Assembly: GCA_021813445.1 (NCBI GenBank)
Contig: JAKAKP010000144.1
Coordinates: 30,447-94,446 of the forward strand
DNA length: 64,000 nt
Direction: 5' to 3'
Origin: Deltaproteobacteria bacterium
GTDB lineage: Bacteria; Desulfobacterota; Desulfobaccia; Desulfobaccales; 0-14-0-80-60-11
Under the pieces are notes generated by a model that worked only from the letters and a program-made list of their open reading frames with translations, made no database searches and was not told the origin of the DNA. Shown here piece by piece: positions 28,156-36,043 of this stretch. Every line of letters begins with the position of its first letter. Within the stretch, counting starts at the first letter, position 1. Both the position numbers and the translations under genes were made by a program.

Positions 28156-29344
28156 AACCAGCCGCGCCTTAACCAGGCCCTGCCCGCAGTGCAGCGGCCG
28201 CCGGGGCCGGGAGCTCAGTCGGCTGCGCTTCCAGGGCTTCGACGACTCACCCCTGGCCGGGGCCTTCTCCCTGGCCGTCTGTGCGGAATGCGGCGCGGCT
28301 TTTTACGATACACCTTCGCAGCAAAGCGATTACGACCGGTATTACCGGGGCAACGCCTATTACTTCACTTCGGCCGCCAGCGGTAGCGGCGGTGCCACGC
28401 CCGCAGACCGGCGGCGTTTTGCAGAACTAGCCCGGCGTCTGGTCCCTTATCTGCCCCGGCAGGACGCGGCCATCTTTGACGTGGGCTGCGCCAAGGGCGG
28501 CCTCCTGGCAGTTCTGGCGGAGCACGGCCATACCCGTCTCTACGGCGTGGACCTGATGCCCGCCTGTATTGATTATGTCCGGAACCACCTGGGGCTGGCC
28601 GCGGACTTCGGCTCGGCCTTGGATCTCCCCTTTCCGGAAGTCCGGGCCGATGTCTTGATTTACTCCCATATCGTCGAGCACGTCATCGACTTGCCCGCGC
28701 TGCTGGCCGCGGCCCGGGAGAAGCTGAGTGACCAGGGGCTGGTCTATGTGGAAGTGCCGGACGCGTCCCGTTACGGGGAAAATTCCCGTTATCCCTACCG
28801 GGACCTGTACCTGGAGCACGTCAACCACTTCGACCGGGACACCCTGGTCGGCCAATTCCAGGCCGGGGGCTTCTCCCTGGTGAGCAGCGGCGGCTTTCTC
28901 CTGGAGCCTTTGCCCCAGGGTCCCGTGCCCTGTCTCTGGGCCATCTTCCGCCGGGGGGATGAGCAGAAACGAACCGCAAGCAACGGTCTGGAAGGGCGGC
29001 TCCGGGACTACCTGGCCTGGTCCCGGCAGCATCCGGCCCTGGGAAAAATCGCCCAACTGGCCTGGCAGCAAACCCCCCTTTACCTCTGGGGGCTCTCCCA
29101 ATACGCCATGCTCCTGCTGGGCCAAACCGACTTGGGCCGCTGCGCCCTCCAGGGGTTGGTGGACCAGGACCCTTACAAGCAGCAGCGGACGGTGGGCGGG
29201 AGGCCGATCCACGCCCCCGAGGTTTTACGGGAGGCCGATCCCCGGGCCGCGGTCCTGGTCACGGCCCTGGGGTACGAGGACCAGATCGCCGCGGCCCTGG
29301 AGGAGATGGGCTTTCGCGGCCTAGTGGTGACGACTGCGGGCTGA
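28133..29344 (+). CDS. Zn-ribbon class I SAM-dependent methyltransferase with a C-terminal Rossmann-like module
   Basis: CPQCSG...CAECG zinc ribbon, IFDVGCAKGG methyltransferase motif I, and a C-terminus (PLYLWGLSQYA...YEDQIAAALEEMGF) homologous to the N-termini of the four radical SAM paralogs. The layout resembles sugar C-methyltransferases. Confidence 0.7.
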   Translation: MSMCSRLETSRALTRPCPQCSGRRGRELSRLRFQGFDDSPLAGAFSLAVCAECGAAFYDTPSQQSDYDRYYRGNAYYFTSAASGSGGATPADRRRFAELARRLVPYLPRQDAAIFDVGCAKGGLLAVLAEHGHTRLYGVDLMPACIDYVRNHLGLAADFGSALDLPFPEVRADVLIYSHIVEHVIDLPALLAAAREKLSDQGLVYVEVPDASRYGENSRYPYRDLYLEHVNHFDRDTLVGQFQAGGFSLVSSGGFLLEPLPQGPVPCLWAIFRRGDEQKRTASNGLEGRLRDYLAWSRQHPALGKIAQLAWQQTPLYLWGLSQYAMLLLGQTDLGRCALQGLVDQDPYKQQRTVGGRPIHAPEVLREADPRAAVLVTALGYEDQIAAALEEMGFRGLVVTTAG

Positions 29345-29430
29345 ACTACGCAAGCATGGGAGACGCGAAACTAAAAGGTACAAATAAGGCCACCGCAGGT
29401 GAAGGACAATGACTAAATACCTCACGGCAG

Positions 29431-30222
29431 ATGGAGACAAATATGTCATATCATAACCAGATCATGGAAGATGCGGGCTTCGAGAAGCAAAAATGGCTGA
29501 TCAACCTGCTGCAACGGGAAAATGTCACCGTCGTCGACGTCGGCGGCCATGTCGGTGAAAGCATCGAAGAATATCGGACGCTATTTCCAGACTGCCGCGT
29601 CTATTCCTTTGAGCCCCATCCCGAATCTTTCATTACCCTGGAACAGCGCTGGGGCCGCTTAAACGGCGTCCACGTCGAGCGGCTGGCATTGGGCGCCAAG
29701 TCCGGAGCCGTGTCTTTTTACGCCACCAGATGTTCTTCCGCTTCCTCCTTGCTGCCCCCGGAAGGCTTCCTCCAGGAACGCAGCGCCAAAAGAAATTATG
29801 ATTATTTGAAAATGGAAGTGCCCATGGACACTTTGGACCACGTCGCCGCCCGCCTTTCTTTGAGCGGCATCGATATTTTGAAAATGGACGTCCAGGGCTC
29901 GGAACTGCAGGTTCTACAAGGCGCGGCAGGCCTCCTGCGGGCATCGCAGATCGACCTTATCTTCTCTGAAGCCCTGTTCGCTGAAACCTATGCGGGGCAG
30001 AGTGATTTTAATGAAATTTGGAGTTACCTAAAGAATTACGGGTATGTGCTTTGGGACCTGTTCCCCTTTGTCCATACGACCCTGGGCCGGTTGTGGACCG
30101 CCAACGCCATCTTTCTAAGCGCCCCCATTGCCGCCCAAATCGACCGCTGCCATCCGCCTGTCTCACCCAGGCCTGCGGACCAAATGGAGTATGGTGCCAA
30201 GAATCTTGCTGATCATTTCTAG
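29431..30222 (+). CDS. FkbM family methyltransferase
   Basis: VVDVGGHVGESIEEY...VYSFEPHPESF...LALGAKSG...LKMDVQGSE is the characteristic FkbM pattern. Confidence 0.8.
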   Translation: METNMSYHNQIMEDAGFEKQKWLINLLQRENVTVVDVGGHVGESIEEYRTLFPDCRVYSFEPHPESFITLEQRWGRLNGVHVERLALGAKSGAVSFYATRCSSASSLLPPEGFLQERSAKRNYDYLKMEVPMDTLDHVAARLSLSGIDILKMDVQGSELQVLQGAAGLLRASQIDLIFSEALFAETYAGQSDFNEIWSYLKNYGYVLWDLFPFVHTTLGRLWTANAIFLSAPIAAQIDRCHPPVSPRPADQMEYGAKNLADHF

Positions 30223-30245
30223 TTGCTCAAGGAGAACTTACCGCC

Positions 30246-33200
30246 ATGCAAGGCCATGAGATTAACCAACACCCCCTGGTCTCCATCGGCATGTTGGTTT
30301 ACAACGGCGAACGATTCCTGGCGCAATCACTCGAATCACTGCTTTCCCAAGAATATAAAAATTTTGAACTCATCATCTCGGACAATGCCTCGGAAGACCG
30401 CTCCGGGGAGATCTGTTTAAAATACCAGGCCCGGGACTCCCGCATTCAATACTCCCGCAATGAAACCAATATGGGGTCAATCTACAACGGCACCAAGGTC
30501 AGGGACCTGGCCCGGGGCAAATACTTCATGTGGGCCTCCGATCATGACCTCTGGCATCCCACCTTACTGACCAAGGCCGTGGCAGTTATGGAAAATGATC
30601 CAGAGGTAATCTTGTGCTATTCCCGGGCCCAGCGGATCGATAAAGAGGGCAATTTCCTCTGCCTGGGCCCCGACTATTTGGATACGCGAGGCATGTCGCC
30701 GCCGGCGCGCTTTCTCCATCTCATCGGTTACCATTGCGGCGGCGAATTGATTTATGGACTTTTCCGCCGGGAAAACCTCAGTCGTATCAAAACGAAAGCA
30801 ATTTGGGCCTCAGATATTTATATCTTATCGGCTTTAGCCCTGGAGGGCACTTTCGTCCACCTGCCCGAGGTGCTTTTTTCCTTGCGCAAGATCCGGGATG
30901 AAGAGATAGAAAGCCACAAGAAGACCCAGGCCCACAACCTGGACCCGGCCAGGACCAAGGAAATGCTGGCCATGGACCTGCATGCGCTCTGGCGGGAATT
31001 GGGGGAAGAATGCCTGTCCGTGGTACAAGGCAGTTCCTTCCCGGACCTGGAGAAAGAGGTTCTGCTGGAGGAAACCAAGAACTGTTTTACCACGCGTTTT
31101 GAGGTGCAATGGCCAGGCTCCCCGGAGGCTGCCGAAAACAAGGGCATCCGTGGCCAGGTTGACGCCCCCGCCCTCCTGACCGATACCGCCGCCAAAGAAG
31201 CCTGGAGAGAACGCCGCGCCGCCAGGCTGGCCCGCAAGGAGGCGAAACAAAGAATTGTGGAGGAGGCAATGCGGCGGCGGCAATATTGGGGGGGACAATG
31301 GCCCCTGGTCTCGGTGATCGTCCCCACTTACAACCGGCCGGATACCCTGGGGGCCGCCCTGCAAAGCATCCTCAATCAAACTTATAAGAACCACGAAGTC
31401 ATCGTGGTCAACGACGGCGGCCTGGACGTGAGCGGCATCGTGGGCTGGCTCAATCAGCAGGGCAACATCACCTACGTCCAGCATGACCGCCGCCGAGGCC
31501 GGGCCGCGGCCTGCAATACCGGCCTGAAACTGGCCCGGGGCCAATATATCGCTTACCTGGATGATGACTCCCTCTTCTACCCCGAGCACCTGGCGGTTCT
31601 GGCAACCGTGCTGGTGGACAGCGAGTACCGGGTGGCTTACACAGACGCGCTTCGGGCCCGTTTAGAGAATCAATGCGGCCGGAATGTGGTCGCCGCCAAA
31701 GACCTGCCTTATTCATATGAGTTTGATCAGGAGCGGTTGCTGGTGGCTAACCAGTTTCCGAGCCTCTGTCTCATGCACGAGAGATCCTGCCTGGAGCAAG
31801 CCGGCCTCTTCGATGAAAGCCTGAGTAGCCATGAGGATTGGGATTTATTGATCCGGCTTTCTTTCCGCGATAAATTTTTCCACATCAAACGGGTCACCTG
31901 CGAGTTCACCCAGGGCCAGGAAGACGACGCCACGGTCGGCCAGAAGCAGGCGGATCTCGTGCGCACCATGGAAATCGTCCATGGCAAGTATCAAGATCAC
32001 CTGCAGGACAAACCGCAGATTCAGGAGCAGCAACGGCAATTCTTGCAGCATCAAAAAGATGCCGCCCAAAGGACCTGCGCCGGATCCAGGCCTGAGACCC
32101 CCAACCCGGATCAACTGCTGCAATTGACCAATGAGGCCCTGGAGCGGGAGGACTGGGAAGCCGCGGAAACCTGTCTCCGGGACCTGATCCGCAGCCACCC
32201 GGACCTTCTGGATGGTTACCTCTCTTTGAGCGACGTCCTCACCTTGCAGGGGAAAGATCAGGACGCCAGGGAAGTCTTGCGGGCCGCCCGGGAGCTGGCC
32301 CCCGAGGCCCTGCCCCTGCTGAAGCGCCTGGGCGCCAATTGCCGGAAGCGGGGTGACTTCAGCGGCGCCTTGACCGCGTTTACCAAGGTTTTGGAGCACA
32401 CCCCCAGAGATACCGAGGCTCTCTGCCAATTAGGCGCCACTTACCTCGATCTGGGGCTCTTGCAGGAGGCCCAGACCCATTTAACCGCAGCGCTGCAGAT
32501 CAATCCCACGAATCTTGATGCCCGGAAGTTACTGGCCCAGGTGGCCCAATACCTGGCAAGTGGCGAGACCTCAGACCCGGTCTCCTCCCAGGCCCCCGCG
32601 CCTGATGCCGGGCACCGCGCTCCGGAAAAGACCGGGACCGGCCAAGCCGGGGAATTCGTCAATATCTGCATGGTTACTTATAACCGCTTGGATTTCACCA
32701 AACAGGCCATCGACGCCCTGGTCCGGCTTACCCACTATCCCTATGTGTTGACGGTGGTGGACAACGGCAGCACCGACGGCACTCCGGCGTATCTGGAAAG
32801 TCTCAAGGCCCGGGGAGTAATTAAAAACCTGATCCTGCTGGATGAAAACCTGGGAGTGGCCAAGGCCTCCAACCTGGCTTGGAGCCTGGAGCCGGAAGCC
32901 GCCTGCTATCTCAAGCTGGACAATGACATCATCCTGCAAAAGGATGGCTGGCTGGAAGACATGGTGGCGGTGATCAATCAGGTGCCTGAAATCGGCGTCC
33001 TGGCTTACAGTTTCGAGCCCCGCTCCTACCCGCTGGAAGTGTGGCACGACGTGACGATACGCATCAAAAAGGGCACCCTGGGGGGGGCCTGCCTGCTGAT
33101 CCCCAAACGCACCGAACGTCTCTTGGGGTATTTTTGCGAAGAATACGGGCTTTACGACGAAGAAGATGCGGATTACGGGGTGAGAGTCCTGGCTGCCAAC

Positions 33201-35873
33201 CTGTTGAACGCCTACATGGAGGATGAACACGTGGGCCTGGCGGAGCCCGGGGCGCCTAACCCCCAGGAAGCCTCCCCTGCCACGGGCGTCCAGGAGGAAA
33301 GCGCCTCCGGTAATTATAAGCAGTTCAAACACCAATCCAAGCGGGCCCACATGCCCTTGTTTATCCGCAATCGCAAGGCTTACTTAAATGGCAGCAAGCC
33401 CTTATTTATACCCAACCCTTATCTGCGGCCGCAGCAGCCCGCCGCGCCTGGCCCGGTGACTGCGCCCAGCCAACCGGAGTCTGATTGCCCCGCTCCTGCA
33501 GGTGAGTCGGACGGCACGCCGCCGCAGTCCCCTCTCTCCTCTGATTTTTCTGAATCTTTGGCGTCCATTATTATTCCGGTTTTCAACAACCTCTCCCTGA
33601 CCCGCCAATGTCTGGAGTCCATCGAGGCCAACACCGATGCCCCCCATGAAATCATCGTGGTGGACAACGGCTCCAGCGACGGCACCCGGGACTATCTGCT
33701 GCAGCTGGAGGCCCAGGGCCGGCTGCGGGTTATCAGCAACCGCCTGAATCTGGGCTTTGCCCGAGCCTCTAACCAGGGGGCCCAGGAGGCCCGGGGCCAT
33801 TTCCTGGTCTTCCTCAACAACGACACCATCGTCCAACCCGGCTGGCTGGAGGAATTGGTGGCCTGCGCCCGGAAAGAAGAGAAGGCCGGGGCCATCGGCG
33901 CCAAGTTGTTATATCTGGATGACACCATTCAGCATGCCGGAGTCGTCTTTAACGAAGAGATCACCCAAATCCTGCATATCTACCAGCATTATGATAAGGA
34001 CCATCCTGCGGTTAACCAAGGGAGGGAGTTCCAGGCCGTCACCGCGGCCTGCATGTTGGTCAGGAAGGACCGCTTCTTTGAAGTGGGCGGCTTCGAAGAG
34101 TGTTACCAGAACGGCTATGAGGACGTGGACCTCTGTTTCAAGCTCAGGGAGCAGGGCTACAAAGTCATTTATAATCCCCGGACCGCGGTCTATCACCTGG
34201 AGTGCCAGACCCAGGGAAGGCACGACCGGGATGCGGAAAACGGCCGCACCTTCAAGTTAAAATGGTCCGGCAAGATCCGGGGTGATGCCGCTAAATATTA
34301 TCAGGAAGACAACATTACCGTGGAAGTGATGGCGCCGCCGGACGCCGATCCCTATATCGTGGCCCATGACGGCAATGACAATGTTTTTTGGCAGGAAGCC
34401 CAAAGATACAGGCAGCAGGGCCTCTGGGATCAAGCCGAAGCCAGCTATCGCCGGGCCTTGGGGTTCAATCCCTTTGACCCCCGGAAGTTAACCATAGGCA
34501 GAGAACTGGTAAATTTGTACGAAACTCAGGGCAAACTTGACCAGGCGCAGAGATTACGCCAGATCATGGCGGCACAGGCCTCTCGCTTTAATCGTCAGCA
34601 ACAGGCGCAGGAGGCCAGCAGGCCCTCTGCCCCGGAGCAGGCAGACGGTGACCGGGCCTGCCGCCAGGGCGAGGCCCCTGCGGTCCAGCGGCCCCGGCCG
34701 CGGCCCCAGGGCCTAGCGCCCGGTAACGGGGGCGGCCCGCCACCGCCTCCGGAGGCAAGCCCCCAGGATTTTTCCTCCAACCCCATGGGGGGGCTATCCT
34801 CCATCATCATTCCGGTGTTCAACAACCTGGCCCTGACCAGACAATGCCTGGAATCCGTGTGGCGTGACACTAATGCCCCCTGTGAAATCATTGTGGTGGA
34901 TAATGCCTCCACCGACTGCACCCGGGACTACCTGCACCGCCTGGAAGCCGCGGGCCGGGTGCGGGTCATCACCAATCGCCGCAACCTGGGTTTTTCCCGG
35001 GCTTCCAACCAGGGCGCCCGGGCGGCCCGGGGCGAATACCTGCTGTTTCTCAATAACGACACCATCGTCCAACCCGGCTGGCTGGAGGCCATGGTGGCCT
35101 GCGCCCGGAAAGATGCCAAGATCGGGGTCGTGGGGGCCAAGCTACTATATCCGGACGACACCATCCAGCATGCCGGCGTGGCCTTCAATGACGAAAAACT
35201 GGTGCATCACATCTATCGCCAATATGACAAAGACCACCCGGCCGTCAATAAGGAAAGGGAATTTCAGGCGGTAACCGCGGCCTGCGCCCTGATCAAAAAA
35301 GACCTGTTTTTCCAGGCAGGCTGCTTCGACGAAAGCTACCAGAACGGCTTTGAAGATGTGGATCTCTGTTTCAGGCTGCGGCAACAGGGCTACAAAGTGG
35401 TCTATACTCCCCGGGCGGTAGTCTACCATCTGGAGAGCAAGACCATGGGCCGGCACGACCGGGATACAGAAAACTCCCGGGTCTTCCGCATGAAATGGCA
35501 GGACAAGATCGTCGGCGATGATCAGAAGTACTATGAAGAAGACCACATTACCATCGAAGTCCTGGGCAAGGAAGGCAATGTCACCATTATTTTTGCCCAT
35601 GACCGCAACGGCAACCCTTTTTGGCAGGACGCGGTGCGGTTCAAACAGCAGGGCCTCTTTAATCAGGCCGAGGCCTCCTATTACCGGGCCTTGAAGTTCA
35701 ATCCCTTCGATCCCCGAAAGGGCTACATTGCCGAGGAGCTGGCCGACCTTTATGAAGCCCAGGGCAAACATGCCCAGGCCGAGGAACTGCGCCAGCAAGC
35801 CGCGCCCCTGACTAATCGCCTGGGAATCCGGAAAGAAACAGGGAAAATCCAGGAGATGGCGGCAGCAGTTTGA
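30246..35873 (+). CDS. Giant multidomain glycosyltransferase: five GT2 domains plus TPR-like regions (1875 aa)
   Basis: GT2 N-terminal signatures lie at about aa 10 (VSIGMLVYNGERF...SDNAS), 352 (VSVIVPTYNRP...VVNDGG), 803 (NICMVTYNRLD...VVDNGSTDGT), 1106 (IIIPVFNNLSLTRQC...VVDNGSSDGT) and 1519 (IIIPVFNNLALTRQC...VVDNASTDCT). TPR-like helices span about aa 620-760, with more after domains 4 and 5. Confidence 0.85.
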   Translation: MQGHEINQHPLVSIGMLVYNGERFLAQSLESLLSQEYKNFELIISDNASEDRSGEICLKYQARDSRIQYSRNETNMGSIYNGTKVRDLARGKYFMWASDHDLWHPTLLTKAVAVMENDPEVILCYSRAQRIDKEGNFLCLGPDYLDTRGMSPPARFLHLIGYHCGGELIYGLFRRENLSRIKTKAIWASDIYILSALALEGTFVHLPEVLFSLRKIRDEEIESHKKTQAHNLDPARTKEMLAMDLHALWRELGEECLSVVQGSSFPDLEKEVLLEETKNCFTTRFEVQWPGSPEAAENKGIRGQVDAPALLTDTAAKEAWRERRAARLARKEAKQRIVEEAMRRRQYWGGQWPLVSVIVPTYNRPDTLGAALQSILNQTYKNHEVIVVNDGGLDVSGIVGWLNQQGNITYVQHDRRRGRAAACNTGLKLARGQYIAYLDDDSLFYPEHLAVLATVLVDSEYRVAYTDALRARLENQCGRNVVAAKDLPYSYEFDQERLLVANQFPSLCLMHERSCLEQAGLFDESLSSHEDWDLLIRLSFRDKFFHIKRVTCEFTQGQEDDATVGQKQADLVRTMEIVHGKYQDHLQDKPQIQEQQRQFLQHQKDAAQRTCAGSRPETPNPDQLLQLTNEALEREDWEAAETCLRDLIRSHPDLLDGYLSLSDVLTLQGKDQDAREVLRAARELAPEALPLLKRLGANCRKRGDFSGALTAFTKVLEHTPRDTEALCQLGATYLDLGLLQEAQTHLTAALQINPTNLDARKLLAQVAQYLASGETSDPVSSQAPAPDAGHRAPEKTGTGQAGEFVNICMVTYNRLDFTKQAIDALVRLTHYPYVLTVVDNGSTDGTPAYLESLKARGVIKNLILLDENLGVAKASNLAWSLEPEAACYLKLDNDIILQKDGWLEDMVAVINQVPEIGVLAYSFEPRSYPLEVWHDVTIRIKKGTLGGACLLIPKRTERLLGYFCEEYGLYDEEDADYGVRVLAANLLNAYMEDEHVGLAEPGAPNPQEASPATGVQEESASGNYKQFKHQSKRAHMPLFIRNRKAYLNGSKPLFIPNPYLRPQQPAAPGPVTAPSQPESDCPAPAGESDGTPPQSPLSSDFSESLASIIIPVFNNLSLTRQCLESIEANTDAPHEIIVVDNGSSDGTRDYLLQLEAQGRLRVISNRLNLGFARASNQGAQEARGHFLVFLNNDTIVQPGWLEELVACARKEEKAGAIGAKLLYLDDTIQHAGVVFNEEITQILHIYQHYDKDHPAVNQGREFQAVTAACMLVRKDRFFEVGGFEECYQNGYEDVDLCFKLREQGYKVIYNPRTAVYHLECQTQGRHDRDAENGRTFKLKWSGKIRGDAAKYYQEDNITVEVMAPPDADPYIVAHDGNDNVFWQEAQRYRQQGLWDQAEASYRRALGFNPFDPRKLTIGRELVNLYETQGKLDQAQRLRQIMAAQASRFNRQQQAQEASRPSAPEQADGDRACRQGEAPAVQRPRPRPQGLAPGNGGGPPPPPEASPQDFSSNPMGGLSSIIIPVFNNLALTRQCLESVWRDTNAPCEIIVVDNASTDCTRDYLHRLEAAGRVRVITNRRNLGFSRASNQGARAARGEYLLFLNNDTIVQPGWLEAMVACARKDAKIGVVGAKLLYPDDTIQHAGVAFNDEKLVHHIYRQYDKDHPAVNKEREFQAVTAACALIKKDLFFQAGCFDESYQNGFEDVDLCFRLRQQGYKVVYTPRAVVYHLESKTMGRHDRDTENSRVFRMKWQDKIVGDDQKYYEEDHITIEVLGKEGNVTIIFAHDRNGNPFWQDAVRFKQQGLFNQAEASYYRALKFNPFDPRKGYIAEELADLYEAQGKHAQAEELRQQAAPLTNRLGIRKETGKIQEMAAAV
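33555..35805 (+). repeat. In-frame tandem duplication of a GT2+TPR module inside the giant GT gene (period 1236 nt)
   Basis: The two modules (about 33555-34565 and 34795-35805) are colinear. They share an identical 34-nt run at 33819-33852 and 35055-35088, followed by an identical 22-nt run. Confidence 0.85.
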
Positions 35874-35990
35874 GGTAATGGTCCTGGCAGGCTGAGCCGG
35901 CGCCTGCTGGCCGGTGAGCCGGGACTTCATCCCCCCGCGCCATCAAAAGTCACGGAATTCCAGGGGCGCCCGCTCCCGGGCAGCCCCACA

Positions 35991-36026
35991 AAAAAGGCCG
36001 GCTCTTTGAGAGCCGGCCTTTTCTTT
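35991..36026. terminator. Bidirectional rho-independent terminator
   Basis: The sequence is aaaaa-ggccggctct-ttg-agagccggcc-ttttcttt, a perfect 10-bp GC stem with an A tract upstream and a T tract downstream. It sits between convergent genes. Confidence 0.85.
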
Positions 36027-36043
36027 AGCTGAAAATTACGCGC

